Below are positions 28,098 to 37,383 of a stretch of 37,383 bases of DNA, in pieces. The stretch covers positions 1-37,383 of the forward strand of contig JASFBB010000039.1 in assembly GCA_036172345.1 (NCBI GenBank), written 5' to 3'. Each line of letters opens with the position of its first letter. Positions within the stretch are counted from its first letter, which is position 1. The notes beneath the pieces were generated by a model, which was not told where the DNA came from, made no database searches, and worked only from the letters and a program-made list of their open reading frames with translations. The stretch comes from Anaerolineae bacterium. GTDB lineage: Bacteria; Chloroflexota; Anaerolineae; 4572-78; NAK82. The translations under genes and the position numbers were made by a program.

Positions 28098-28739
28098 ATG
28101 AGCAAGTGCTTCGTTGCGATTGCCGGCAACATCGGGGTGGGCAAAAGCAGTTTGGCCGCTTTGTTGGCGCGGCGATTGAACTGGCAACCTTTCTATGAGG
28201 CGGCGGCAGAGAATCCCTATCTACCCGATTTCTACGTGGATATGTGCCGCTGGAGCTTCCATTCGCAGGTGTTCTTTCTGGTGCGCCGCGTGCGTTATCA
28301 CCAGGAGTTAGTGCGCAGTCCCCATCCCGTTGTGCAAGACCGTACTATTTATGAAGATGCTGAGGTCTTCGCGCGCAATCTATCTGAACAAGGCCATATG
28401 GATGCGCGCGATTATGCCACCTATGTTGCCTTGTACGAAGTACTTCGCCAACTGTTGGCGCCGCCGCACTTGCTCGTTTACCTGAAAGCATCTGTGCCCG
28501 TATTGTTGCAACGCATCGCGTTACGCGGACGTGACTTTGAACGGCATATCTCACCCAGCTATCTGGAACAGCTGAACACATTGTATGAGCACTGGATCGC
28601 AACCTTCACTTTGTGCCCTGTGCTCACCATCGATACCGATCCACTCGACTTTGTTCACCTTACCGCGGATATGGAGGAGGTTGTTGCGCGCATCCGAGAT
28701 CATTGTGCTGCATTCCTCGCAGCCGGGGGCGATTTATGA
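28098..28739 (+). CDS. Deoxynucleoside kinase (dCK/dAK/dGK family)
   Basis: IAGNIGVGKS P-loop, NPYLPDFY, QDRTIYED, RIALRGRDFE. Confidence 0.92.
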   Translation: MSKCFVAIAGNIGVGKSSLAALLARRLNWQPFYEAAAENPYLPDFYVDMCRWSFHSQVFFLVRRVRYHQELVRSPHPVVQDRTIYEDAEVFARNLSEQGHMDARDYATYVALYEVLRQLLAPPHLLVYLKASVPVLLQRIALRGRDFERHISPSYLEQLNTLYEHWIATFTLCPVLTIDTDPLDFVHLTADMEEVVARIRDHCAAFLAAGGDL

Positions 28740-29455
28740 GTGAGCTTGACCATGTCGAAGCTGTGCTTGGTCTGACGTTCCGCGATCGTACATTGTTGAT
28801 TCGCGCGCTGACCCATCGTTCTTACATTAATGAAAACCCGGACTTCGCCTTAGAGGACAACCAACGTCTAGAATTCCTCGGTGATGCCGTGTTGGACTAT
28901 GTCACGGCAGAGTATCTGTATCATCACTTTCCTGAGATGCGTGAGGGGGAGCTGACCCGCCTGCGCGCAGCGTTGGTGCGCACAGAGACGCTGGCCCGAC
29001 TGGCACAACAAATCGGCCTATCCCGTTTCATCCGTCTGGGGCGTGGGGAGGAGGAATCGGGTGGACGGGAACGTCCGGCTGTTCTGTGTGATTGTTTTGA
29101 AGCATTGATCGGCGCCTTATGCCTGGACCAAGGGTTAGAAGCAGCGCGCGATTATTTAGTGCGCCTGATTACTCCCGCTCTGGAGCAGATTATAAACAGC
29201 GAAGCGGAGAAAGATGCCAAGAGCCATCTCCAGGAAGTCAGCCAGCGCCATTTGCAAATCACCCCTACCTATCGCACCTTGGCGGAGGAAGGGCCCGATC
29301 ACGCACGGGTGTTCACTGTCGCCGCATTTCTCGGAGAGCGCGTGTATGGTGTAGGCAAAGGGAGCAGCAAACAGCGAGCTGCTCAAGCCGCCGCACGTGC
29401 CGCATTGGAGCGATTGGAACAGGAGCTAGCACAACGCACTGAGTCAGTTGAGTAA
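28736..29455 (+). CDS. rnc: Ribonuclease III
   Basis: ALTHRSY, NQRLEFLGDAVL signature, DCFEALIGA, C-terminal dsRBD. The start is ATG 28736 (ATGA overlap with the kinase gene). Confidence 0.96.
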   Translation: MSELDHVEAVLGLTFRDRTLLIRALTHRSYINENPDFALEDNQRLEFLGDAVLDYVTAEYLYHHFPEMREGELTRLRAALVRTETLARLAQQIGLSRFIRLGRGEEESGGRERPAVLCDCFEALIGALCLDQGLEAARDYLVRLITPALEQIINSEAEKDAKSHLQEVSQRHLQITPTYRTLAEEGPDHARVFTVAAFLGERVYGVGKGSSKQRAAQAAARAALERLEQELAQRTESVE

Positions 29456-29478
29456 GAGGGGAACGAGGCTTCCCTGTT

Positions 29479-29991
29479 TCATCGAATCCGGGTGAGCAAT
29501 CCTGATTCGTGGCGCAACAGAGCCGCTTTACGCTGTATTCCCCAGCGGTAACCGCCCAGCTCGCCGTCACCGCGCACTACGCGGTGGCACGGTATAAGTA
29601 GGGCAACCGGGTTAGTGGCACAAGCTCGGGCCACTGCTCGAGCAGCGTTTGGCCTTCCGATTGCGACTGCCACTTGGCCATATGTACACGTTTGGCCGCA
29701 GGGAATGCGTTGCAGCACTTGCCACACTTCTCTCTGAAACCGGGTAGCTTGCACATCCAGAGGTAACACAGGGGGGGCGCAACGACCTTCAAGATAGGCT
29801 AGGATGGGCATAACGAGATCATGGAGAGCGACCTCGTCACGCTCTAAATCTGCCATAGCGAATTCATAACGCAGCCGCTCTTCCAGCTCGGCCGCTTTGT
29901 CCCCTAGCTTAAGGGAACAGACGCCACGTTCTGTGGCGGCGAGCAGTAACCAACCCAAAGAACAGGGTACACACGCATAGCGGATACGCAT
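29479..29991 (-). CDS. ogt: Methylated-DNA-protein-cysteine methyltransferase (Ada C-terminal-like)
   Basis: FQREVW, TYGQVA, ARAVARACATNP, IPCHRV active site, GGYRWG. Confidence 0.92.
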   Translation of the reverse strand: MRIRYACVPCSLGWLLLAATERGVCSLKLGDKAAELEERLRYEFAMADLERDEVALHDLVMPILAYLEGRCAPPVLPLDVQATRFQREVWQVLQRIPCGQTCTYGQVAVAIGRPNAARAVARACATNPVALLIPCHRVVRGDGELGGYRWGIQRKAALLRHESGLLTRIR

Positions 29992-29999
29992 ATATTGCC

Positions 30000-30497
30000 T
30001 CAGCTGATCGTGACCAGGATCTGATTCTGTTCCACTCGATCGCCCACTCTAACACGCACACTGCGCACTGTACCGCTACGCGGCGATTTGAACTCGTTCT
30101 GCATCTTCATTGACTCTAGTGTGATAACCCGTTCGCCGGCGGCCACTTCTTGGCCGACGACCACAGGTACATCCACTACCACACCAGGCATCGGCGCTTT
30201 GATGAGAATCTCGCCCACCGGTGCTACTGGCATCCGCTGCAGCCCGGCCAGACGACGTGTGCGTTCATCCTCTACCTTGACTTCGAAGAGGCCTTCCTGC
30301 ATCACGAGCAAGTAGCGCTCCTCTTGCTCGTCGATGTAGACATCGTAGGAACGGCCATCCACCAGGAGAGAGAACAGGTGCGATTGCCCAATGCTTTGCA
30401 TATCGGCGACGTGGGGCACGCCATTCACCGTCACCTCACCAGCGCGGTTGATTTCGATGACGTACTCCTTGTCTTCGAGGGTAGCAATGTATTTCAT
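30000..30497 (-). CDS. Biotin carboxyl carrier subunit of acyl-CoA carboxylase
   Basis: KAPMPG, LESMKMQNE biotinylation motif, N-terminal BT-like region. Confidence 0.92.
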   Translation of the reverse strand: MKYIATLEDKEYVIEINRAGEVTVNGVPHVADMQSIGQSHLFSLLVDGRSYDVYIDEQEERYLLVMQEGLFEVKVEDERTRRLAGLQRMPVAPVGEILIKAPMPGVVVDVPVVVGQEVAAGERVITLESMKMQNEFKSPRSGTVRSVRVRVGDRVEQNQILVTIS

Positions 30498-30515
30498 AGC
30501 CTTCCCCTCATCTGC

Positions 30516-32012
30516 TCAACGCAGGGGCTGGCGCAGCGCAGAACGACGCGCTGCCATCTTCCAGGGACTGAGATGGTTCTGGTGCAGCAGCACGGCTTGC
30601 TGGGTGCGTTGATGGGCAAACAAGGTGGCTGCAATGGCGGCAACCTCGGGTATGTGGGGTTGCACCGTTTGTTCAATGGTAAAATGGTCCTCCAAGAAGC
30701 GAGTATTCAATTGCCCCCCCTGATAACGTGTGCTGTTCATCACCTGAATGTGGAACGGGATGGTTGTCTTTACCCCCATAATTTGATACTCCACCAACGC
30801 GCGGCGCATACGCAAGATGGCCTCGGCACGCGTCTCACCCCAGACGATCAGCTTGGCGATCAACGAGTCGTAATATGGGGTGATCTGCATCCCTTGATAA
30901 ATACCACTCTCCAGACGAACCCCAGGACCGGTCGGTTCCCACAAGCCCACAATCTCACCTGTGGAAGGCATGAAATTGTGATAGGGATCTTCGGCCAGGA
31001 TTCGACATTCGATGGACCATCCGTTAATGTGGATGTCCTCTTGAGTGTAGCGCAATTTGCGGCCGGCTGCGATGCGCAACATCTCTTTGACAATGTCGAC
31101 GCCGGTTACCATCTCGGTCACCGCGTGTTCCACCTGCAATCGTGTGTTCATCTCCAAAAAGTAGAAGCGGTTATCCTGATCCAGGAGGAATTCAACCGTG
31201 CCTGCACTCACATACCCCGCTTGTTTGGCCACCTTCACTGCCGTCTCTCCCATGCGCTTCCGTAGGTCATCGTCCAAGGCAAGCGAGGGTGCTTCTTCGA
31301 TCAACTTCTGATGGCGTCGTTGTATGGAGCACTCGCGTTCGCCAAGATGGATGACGTTACCGTGCTGGTCGGCTAGGATTTGGAATTCAATATGCCGGAT
31401 GGTGTCCAACATTTTCTCCAAGTACACGCGGTCATCGCCAAAAGCGGCACGTGCTTCGTTGCGCGCGAGGCGAAGTGCTTCTGGCAATTCCTCGGGCGTG
31501 TCTACCCGGCGCATCCCTTTGCCACCACCCCCTGCAGCTGCCTTCACCAGCAAAGGAAAACCGATGGCAGCGCATTTTGCTGCCAGGTCGTCGTCATGGA
31601 GGGTTTCCTGGACTCCGGGGATGATAGGGATACCGGCTGCTGCCATCGTATTCCGCGCTACCGTTTTATCGCCCATCATGCGCATCGCTGCAGGAGGTGG
31701 CCCGATCCAGACGAGCCCGGCGTCGAGGACGGCTTGGGCGAATTCTGGATTCTCGGCCAGGAAACCATAACCTGGGTGAATGCCATCCACTTGGGCTTTC
31801 TTGGCGACATCGATGATGCGGTCTATACGCAGATAACTTTCGATGGCAGGCGCCGGGCCGATGCAATATGCTTCTTGTGCCTGTCGCACGTGAGGTGCGG
31901 TGCGGTCCGCTTCTGAGTAAACTGCCACCGTGGCCAGTCCCATCTCCTGGCAAGCACGCATAATGCGCACCGCGATTTCGCCGCGATTAGCGACCAACAC
32001 CTTCCTGAGCAT
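30516..32012 (-). CDS. accC: Biotin carboxylase subunit
   Basis: ANRGEIAVR, IHPGYGFLAEN, GGGGKGMR, ECSIQRRHQK, EMNTRLQVEH, YYDSLIAKL. Confidence 0.93.
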   Translation of the reverse strand: MLRKVLVANRGEIAVRIMRACQEMGLATVAVYSEADRTAPHVRQAQEAYCIGPAPAIESYLRIDRIIDVAKKAQVDGIHPGYGFLAENPEFAQAVLDAGLVWIGPPPAAMRMMGDKTVARNTMAAAGIPIIPGVQETLHDDDLAAKCAAIGFPLLVKAAAGGGGKGMRRVDTPEELPEALRLARNEARAAFGDDRVYLEKMLDTIRHIEFQILADQHGNVIHLGERECSIQRRHQKLIEEAPSLALDDDLRKRMGETAVKVAKQAGYVSAGTVEFLLDQDNRFYFLEMNTRLQVEHAVTEMVTGVDIVKEMLRIAAGRKLRYTQEDIHINGWSIECRILAEDPYHNFMPSTGEIVGLWEPTGPGVRLESGIYQGMQITPYYDSLIAKLIVWGETRAEAILRMRRALVEYQIMGVKTTIPFHIQVMNSTRYQGGQLNTRFLEDHFTIEQTVQPHIPEVAAIAATLFAHQRTQQAVLLHQNHLSPWKMAARRSALRQPLR

Positions 32013-32026
32013 TGTATACCGTGCCC

Positions 32027-33577
32027 CTATAGCGGGATGTTGCCGTGCTTCTTGGGGGGATTCTGATCCCGTTTATTTTGGAGCATCTCCAGGGCATTGA
32101 TCAAGCGTGGACGGGTATGGCTGGGTTCGATAACATCATCTAGGTAGCCCCAGCTTGCTGCGACATAGGGATTGGCAAAAGTAGTGCGATATTCCTCGAT
32201 GAGTTGGGCACGCAGATGTTCTGGGTCATCCGCTTCGGCTAGTTCCTTTCGGTACAGAATATTGATGGCACCTTCTGCACCCATTACGGCGATCTCAGCG
32301 CTTGGCCAAGCTAGGTTGACATCGCCACGAATGTGCTTACTGGAGATCACAATGTAAGCACCTCCGTAGGCCTTACGGGTGATTACTGTGATCTTGGGCA
32401 CAGTGGCCTCACAATAAGCGTATAGCAACTTGGCACCGTTGCGGATGATGCCTCCCCGTTCCTGATCTAAGCCGGGCAGAAAGCCCGGCACGTCCTCAAA
32501 AGTGATGATCGGGATGTTAAAGGCGTCGCAAAAGCGTACAAAACGTGCCCCCTTAATTGAAGCGTTGTTATCCAAGGCGCCAGCCAAAACGCTGGGCTGC
32601 GAGGCGACGATTCCCACCGGCCTTCCGTTGAGACGTGCGAATCCCACGATCAGATTAGGGGCGAAATGCTCCATAACTTCCAAGAAGTCCCCGTTGTCCA
32701 CCACGGTATGCACTACGCGTTTCATATCGTAGGGCTGGGTAGGGTCATCCGGCACGATAGTGTTCAAGCTGTCATCCGTGCGCAGAGGGTCATCGCGACA
32801 AGGGATGACGGGCGGATCTTCCATATTATTTTGGGGTAGGAAGCTCATCAGCCGCCGTAGAATGTAGATAGCATCCTCTTCGTTCTCGGCGATAAAGTGG
32901 GCCACTCCGCTTTCCGTGTTATGCATCCAGGCACCACCCAGCTCCTCAAATGAGACCTCCTGCCCTGTGACCGCCCTTACCACATCGGGGCCGGTGACAA
33001 ACATGTAGCTAGAGCCTTTCACCATAACAATGAAATCCATCACAGCTGGAGAGTAGACGGCACCACCCGCACAAGGTCCCATAATACAAGAAATCTGAGG
33101 AATGACACCGCTGGCCATAACATTGCGCAGAAAGATATCCCCATATCCCCCCAGCGCTACCACTCCTTCCTGAATACGGGCGCCGCCGGAGTCGTTCAGA
33201 CCAATCACAGGCGCGCCGTTTTTCACCGCTAAGTCCAGCACTTTGCAGATCTTATCAGCATGGGCGCGTCCCAAGCTACCTCCCATAACGGTGAAATCCT
33301 GAGCAAACACAAATGTCAACCGTCCATCGATGGTGCCGTATCCTGTCACTACTCCGTCGCCCAGGGGTTTGTGCTTTTCCATGCCAAATCCGGTGACGCG
33401 ATGGGTCACGAAGCAGTCAATCTCACGAAAGGACCCTTCATCTAGAAGAAGCTCCAGCCGTTCGTAAGCGGTGAGCTTACCTGCTTTGTGCTGACGTTCG
33501 ACCCGCTCTGGCCCACCTCCTTGCCTGCTCAAAGCTTTCATCTCACGTAAGCGTTTGATCGAAGGGGTCAGGCTCAT
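32027..33577 (-). CDS. pccB: Acyl-CoA carboxylase carboxyltransferase (propionyl-CoA carboxylase beta / MmdA-like)
   Basis: [49 protein letters not shown]-terminal KKHGNIPL. Confidence 0.9.
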   Translation of the reverse strand: MSLTPSIKRLREMKALSRQGGGPERVERQHKAGKLTAYERLELLLDEGSFREIDCFVTHRVTGFGMEKHKPLGDGVVTGYGTIDGRLTFVFAQDFTVMGGSLGRAHADKICKVLDLAVKNGAPVIGLNDSGGARIQEGVVALGGYGDIFLRNVMASGVIPQISCIMGPCAGGAVYSPAVMDFIVMVKGSSYMFVTGPDVVRAVTGQEVSFEELGGAWMHNTESGVAHFIAENEEDAIYILRRLMSFLPQNNMEDPPVIPCRDDPLRTDDSLNTIVPDDPTQPYDMKRVVHTVVDNGDFLEVMEHFAPNLIVGFARLNGRPVGIVASQPSVLAGALDNNASIKGARFVRFCDAFNIPIITFEDVPGFLPGLDQERGGIIRNGAKLLYAYCEATVPKITVITRKAYGGAYIVISSKHIRGDVNLAWPSAEIAVMGAEGAINILYRKELAEADDPEHLRAQLIEEYRTTFANPYVAASWGYLDDVIEPSHTRPRLINALEMLQNKRDQNPPKKHGNIPL

Positions 33578-33762
33578 CGTCCTTCCAAACCTTTCTTGGT
33601 ATTGAGCGATTATAACGGTTATGACGGAACAATAAAGGTGACCTTAACGGCACCGCCCGGCCGATGGGTGTCTCGTCGCATCGGTCACCTATACATTTGC
33701 CAAATGTACAAAACACTTAACCGGCTGGTTCGTTATGCCAGATAACTCCATCCCTTGCATGC

Positions 33763-33791
33763 ATCATACCACACGCGTCAGGGCGAATCAA
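33763..33791 (-). promoter_or_regulatory. Putative sigma70 promoter of the carboxylase operon
   Basis: Minus strand TTGATT, 17-nt spacer ending in TGn, TATGAT. Confidence 0.55.
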
Positions 33792-34115
33792 GTGCAACAT
33801 GTCACAATGTTCTCCCTCCCTGAACAGTGACGGATATGGACGTTGCGGAACACTCGAGTTGTCCTTTTTCAGTTCCTCCTTAGTGACAAATCACACCTCC
33901 GCTAGCTCCGGAGGAGGTCAGCTCCTTGTCGGTAGATGTATGGGGACAATCTGAGCGGTCGAGCCCTTATAAGGCACGAGGGAACCAAAGGGAACCAAAA
34001 CAAGCGAGACAACGTCTTAAAGGCGTAAGGTGCCAGCAGCTGATTCAAGTGCCCAGATCATTTGCTTTACAATAAAAAGCGCGGATAATAATGGGTGCTC
34101 GGGGAGGGAAAGCGA

Positions 34116-37100
34116 ATGCAGGATTTGATCCAGTATCTGAAAGAAAACAAGCTCATTGTAGTCGCTGTGGTTACCGTCTGGGTGTTGGTGGTGGTTGCCG
34201 CCGTTTTGGTGGCTGTCTTGATCGTGAGTCGGATCGGGTTAGCAAGACCCCCCGAGGTATCGACTGGCGTGCCCACTATCACGGTCGAGCCAGCGGCTGG
34301 CCCGCCGGGCACCTCCGTCACTGTGCGAGGTGATAACTGGCCCTCAGAGACCATGGTGCTCATCTATCTGTTGGCGCCCGGCGAGACCGCGTTGCCTAGC
34401 TATGCGATGGCGGGTAATCTGACCGATGCCCGAGGTCGCTTTGACACTCAGTTCACCATTCCTAGCGACGCAAAGTGGCGCACTCCTGGCATTGCAACGG
34501 TGGTCGCCCAAGTGGTAGGCGGTGGATTAACCGCCCAGGCTTCATTTAATTTAGAGCCGGCTGTAGAGACGCCGACACCGACGGTGGCTACCACGCCGAC
34601 TCTGACGCCCACCATAACAGTGACCATCACCACCCCTGCTTCGGCGACTCCGGTACAGCCAGGCGCCCCAAGAATCACCGCCAATACGGACCTCAATGTG
34701 CGTAGCGGTCCAGGTACGAATTACCCTTCTCTGGGGCTGTTGACAACAGGTCAAACAGCTCCGGTAACCGGTCGCAATGCCGAAGGGAGCTGGTGGCAGA
34801 TCGCCTTCCCCGGTGTTCCTGGTGAACGTGGCTGGGTGGCTGGGCAATATGTGACAGCCGAAAATGTGGGTGGTGTACCGGTGGTAGCACCTCCTCCACC
34901 TCCGCAGCAACCAACTCCTCCCCTGCCTTTGCCCACCGTAGTGCCTCCACCACCTCCTACGCCTTCTGTCGTCACTGACTGGCGCGGGGAGTATTTTAAC
35001 AATCCTGCATTGAGCGGTTCACCCGTTCTGGTGCGCAACGATCCGGCCATAAACTTTGACTGGGGTGCCGGCTCTCCTGCCCCCAACGTGCCGCCGGATC
35101 GCTTCTCAGCACGTTGGACGCGCACCATCGGGTTCCCTGCCGGTACCTACCGTTTCTATGTGCGTGTGGACGACGGTGTTCGGCTGTGGATTGACGGCAA
35201 CTTGATCATCGACCGGTGGTATGAAAGCGCGCCGGCCCTCTATGCTGCCGATGTTACATTGAGTGAGGGACCGCACCACCTGCGTGTGGAATACTTCGAG
35301 TGGACCGGCAATGCACTGATCCAACTGATGTGGGAGCGGCTGGAGTCGTATCCGGATTGGAAAGCAGAGTATTATGCCAATCCCAATTTAGGGGGCAGCC
35401 CGGTGCTGGTGCGCAATGAGTTGGACATTAATTACAATTGGGGGCAGGGCTCGCCCGGGCCGGGAGTGCCGGCCGACAACTTCTCAGCGCGTTGGACGCG
35501 CCAGATCGGTTTTGAGAGTGGCACTTATCGATTCGGTGTGCGTGTGGACGACGGTGCACGACTGTGGATTGACGACCAGTTGGTGATAGACGATTGGCGC
35601 GACGGCGGCGCTCGTCTGTTGCGCGCTGAGCGTTCTCTCGGTGCAGGCATTCACCGCCTGCGGCTGGAATACTACGAGCGCACCGGCGATGCTCTGATCA
35701 CGTTGCGCTGGGAGCGGGTCGACACAGGTCAGGGACAACCAGCCAACAGACCACCCAAGGCAAACCCGGGCGGACCTTATGTCGTGGATGAGGGCTCCGA
35801 GGTGATCCTTGATGGCACTGCCTCGGGCGATGAAGACGGGCGCATTGTCCTCTATCAGTGGGGCACCACCACAGATGGGCGCACCATCAACGTGATTGGC
35901 AGCGGACCCCTTTTGAGCACATCTTTCCCAGATGGCCCTGCTTCCACACTTCTTGGGCTGCGCGTGACTGACGATCGTGGTGCTACAGACCTGGCCATCA
36001 CTCGTGTGGATGTGCGCAATGTGCCGCCCACTGCGTTTGCCGCCGGCCCTTACTCCGGCCGTGTGGGACAACCGGTGACCCTCTCAGCGTCCGCGTATGA
36101 TCCCAGCCCGATCGATCAGGCAACGTTGAACTATCGCTGGGATTTCGGTGATGGCCTGCAAGGTAGCGGGGCGGTGGTCAGCCACGTCTACAACAGTCCA
36201 GGCACCTATATTGCCACAGTCACTGTCACAGATAAGGATAGTGGGCAGGGGTTTGCTCAGACGACCGTGCACATCGGCGCCATGGGACAACCTCCACGGG
36301 CGATCATCAGCGGCCCCACTAGTGCTCAGGTAGGGCAGCTGCTCACCTTCAGTGCGGCGAACTCGCATGATCCAGATGGGCAAATTACCTGGTACCGCTG
36401 GGACTTCGGGGATGGTAACACGGCAGAGGGTGTTGTGGTCAACCATGTGTATAATAATCCGGCTATTTACCAAGTGACTCTGTTGGTGGTCGATAGTGAG
36501 GGTATGGTGGCAACTGCTGCGCTGCGCGTGGATATCGTGTCGCCGACGCCTACGCCCACTGTGACGCCGACCCCCACATCGACCCCGACACCTGGCCCAA
36601 CCCCCACTCCGACGTGGACGCCCACGGCCACTTGGACGCCGGTGCCGACGGATACACCCACGGCAACCTGGACGCCGGAGCCTACACCCACAGGGACGCT
36701 GATACCCAGCGCCACCCCTACGCCGACTTGGACGCCGGTGTCGACGGATACACCCACGGCAACCTGGACGCTGGAACCTACACCTACAGGGACACTGATA
36801 CCCAGCGCCACCCCTACGCCGACTTGGACACCGGTGCCGACGGATACACCTACGGCAACCTGGACACCCGAGCCCACGGCAACACCTGGCCAGCCACCGG
36901 TGGCACAGATCATCGGGCCGGCGGGTGGGCTGGTAGGTGAAGTGCTCACCTTTGATGGGAGCGGCTCGTACGATCCGGATGGTGCGATCGCGGCGTATGC
37001 CTGGGACTTTGATGATGGGACGGGTGCGAGTGGGGAAGTGGTGCAGCATACCTATGCGCAGGCGGGCACGTATATTGTGGTGTTGACGGTGACGGATGGT

Positions 37101-37383
37101 GGTGGTTTGGTCGGGCAGGCGATGTGGCAGGTGGTGGTCGAGCAGCCCACGCCCACGCCGCTGCCGACGGATACTCCCACGGCGACGCCTGTGCCGCCGA
37201 CGGATACCCCGACCCCTGAGCCCACGGCGACGCCAACACCGCAGCCGACTCCGACGCCTGGCCAGCCACCAGTGGCACAGATCATCGGGCCGGCGGGTGG
37301 GCTGGTGGGTGAGGTGCTCACCTTTGATGGGAGTGGCTCGTACGATCCGGATGGTGCGATCGCGGCGTATGCTTGGGACTTTG
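34116..37383 (+). CDS. Large membrane-anchored surface protein: TM, Ig-like, SH3b, 2x PA14, at least 4 full PKD plus a fifth truncated, with PT-rich linkers (3' end beyond right edge)
   Basis: Manual translation from ATG 34116 after GGAGGG: MQDLIQYLKENKLIVVAVVTVWVLVVVAAVLVAVLIV; SH3b LNVRSGPGTNY...GWVAGQYV; PA14 WRGEYFNN...FSARWTR...VDDGVRLWID (twice); PKD YRWDFGDG/AYAWDFDDG. No stop to the window end, so it is absent from the ORF track. Confidence 0.92.
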   Translation, partial: MQDLIQYLKENKLIVVAVVTVWVLVVVAAVLVAVLIVSRIGLARPPEVSTGVPTITVEPAAGPPGTSVTVRGDNWPSETMVLIYLLAPGETALPSYAMAGNLTDARGRFDTQFTIPSDAKWRTPGIATVVAQVVGGGLTAQASFNLEPAVETPTPTVATTPTLTPTITVTITTPASATPVQPGAPRITANTDLNVRSGPGTNYPSLGLLTTGQTAPVTGRNAEGSWWQIAFPGVPGERGWVAGQYVTAENVGGVPVVAPPPPPQQPTPPLPLPTVVPPPPPTPSVVTDWRGEYFNNPALSGSPVLVRNDPAINFDWGAGSPAPNVPPDRFSARWTRTIGFPAGTYRFYVRVDDGVRLWIDGNLIIDRWYESAPALYAADVTLSEGPHHLRVEYFEWTGNALIQLMWERLESYPDWKAEYYANPNLGGSPVLVRNELDINYNWGQGSPGPGVPADNFSARWTRQIGFESGTYRFGVRVDDGARLWIDDQLVIDDWRDGGARLLRAERSLGAGIHRLRLEYYERTGDALITLRWERVDTGQGQPANRPPKANPGGPYVVDEGSEVILDGTASGDEDGRIVLYQWGTTTDGRTINVIGSGPLLSTSFPDGPASTLLGLRVTDDRGATDLAITRVDVRNVPPTAFAAGPYSGRVGQPVTLSASAYDPSPIDQATLNYRWDFGDGLQGSGAVVSHVYNSPGTYIATVTVTDKDSGQGFAQTTVHIGAMGQPPRAIISGPTSAQVGQLLTFSAANSHDPDGQITWYRWDFGDGNTAEGVVVNHVYNNPAIYQVTLLVVDSEGMVATAALRVDIVSPTPTPTVTPTPTSTPTPGPTPTPTWTPTATWTPVPTDTPTATWTPEPTPTGTLIPSATPTPTWTPVSTDTPTATWTLEPTPTGTLIPSATPTPTWTPVPTDTPTATWTPEPTATPGQPPVAQIIGPAGGLVGEVLTFDGSGSYDPDGAIAAYAWDFDDGTGASGEVVQHTYAQAGTYIVVLTVTDGGGLVGQAMWQVVVEQPTPTPLPTDTPTATPVPPTDTPTPEPTATPTPQPTPTPGQPPVAQIIGPAGGLVGEVLTFDGSGSYDPDGAIAAYAWDF
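36630..36877 (+). repeat. 96-bp coding tandem repeat, about 2.6 copies
   Basis: ACTTGGAC(G/A)CCGGTG starts at 36630, 36726 and 36822; the unit encodes TWTPVPTDTPTATWTPEPTPTGTLIPSATPTP. Confidence 0.9.
36885..37383 (+). repeat. 372-bp PKD+linker tandem duplication (second copy truncated by the edge)
   Basis: CCTGGCCAGCCACC.. at 36885 and 37257; 5 mismatches in the 127 nt that can be compared. Confidence 0.9.

Noticed and set aside
30150-31265. Long antisense ORFs (371 aa here; also 15802-16839 and 36084-37049)
   Set aside because: They fully overlap well-supported genes on the opposite strand, show no motifs, and are expected in GC-rich DNA.
36540-37383. CRISPR-like array, and Val/Gly-rich minus-strand ORFs (36467-36949, 37052-37321)
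   Set aside because: The repeats are in-frame coding units without unique spacers; the minus-strand ORFs are antisense shadows of Pro/Thr codons.

Overview
GC-rich bacterial chromosome segment, most likely Chloroflexota (Anaerolineae/Caldilineae-like). That assignment is inferred from gene content: the DUF3090/SCO1664 pair, a C39-TPR protein, a PT-rich PA14/PKD surface protein and the REP-like repeat style. Contents in order: a yknWXY-like Yip1/MFP/ABC export operon (ATPase cut by the left edge), a type II P-type ATPase, DUF3090 plus a SCO1664 kinase-like gene, gyrA, a translationally coupled pair of SF1/UvrD-like genes (one intact, one catalytically degenerate, neither with a nuclease domain) bracketed by ~65-bp inverted REPIN-like repeats, a Nudix gene broken by an in-frame TGA, an atypical Hsp100/Clp with a dead first ATPase ring, rplY, Fe-SOD, an HpnA/DFR-like epimerase, an ADP-ribosylglycohydrolase remnant, tRNA-Asp(GTC), C39-TPR plus murJ, an aldolase/PfkB/URO-D-like/AraD sugar operon, a deoxynucleoside kinase plus rnc, ogt plus a three-gene acyl-CoA carboxylase, and a large membrane-anchored SH3b-PA14-PKD surface protein running off the right edge (absent from the ORF track). 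No integrase, transposase or CRISPR array was seen. The best candidates for undescribed biology are the nuclease-less active/inactive helicase pair, the D1-dead Clp, and the URO-D-containing sugar pathway. All alignments and identities were done by eye.
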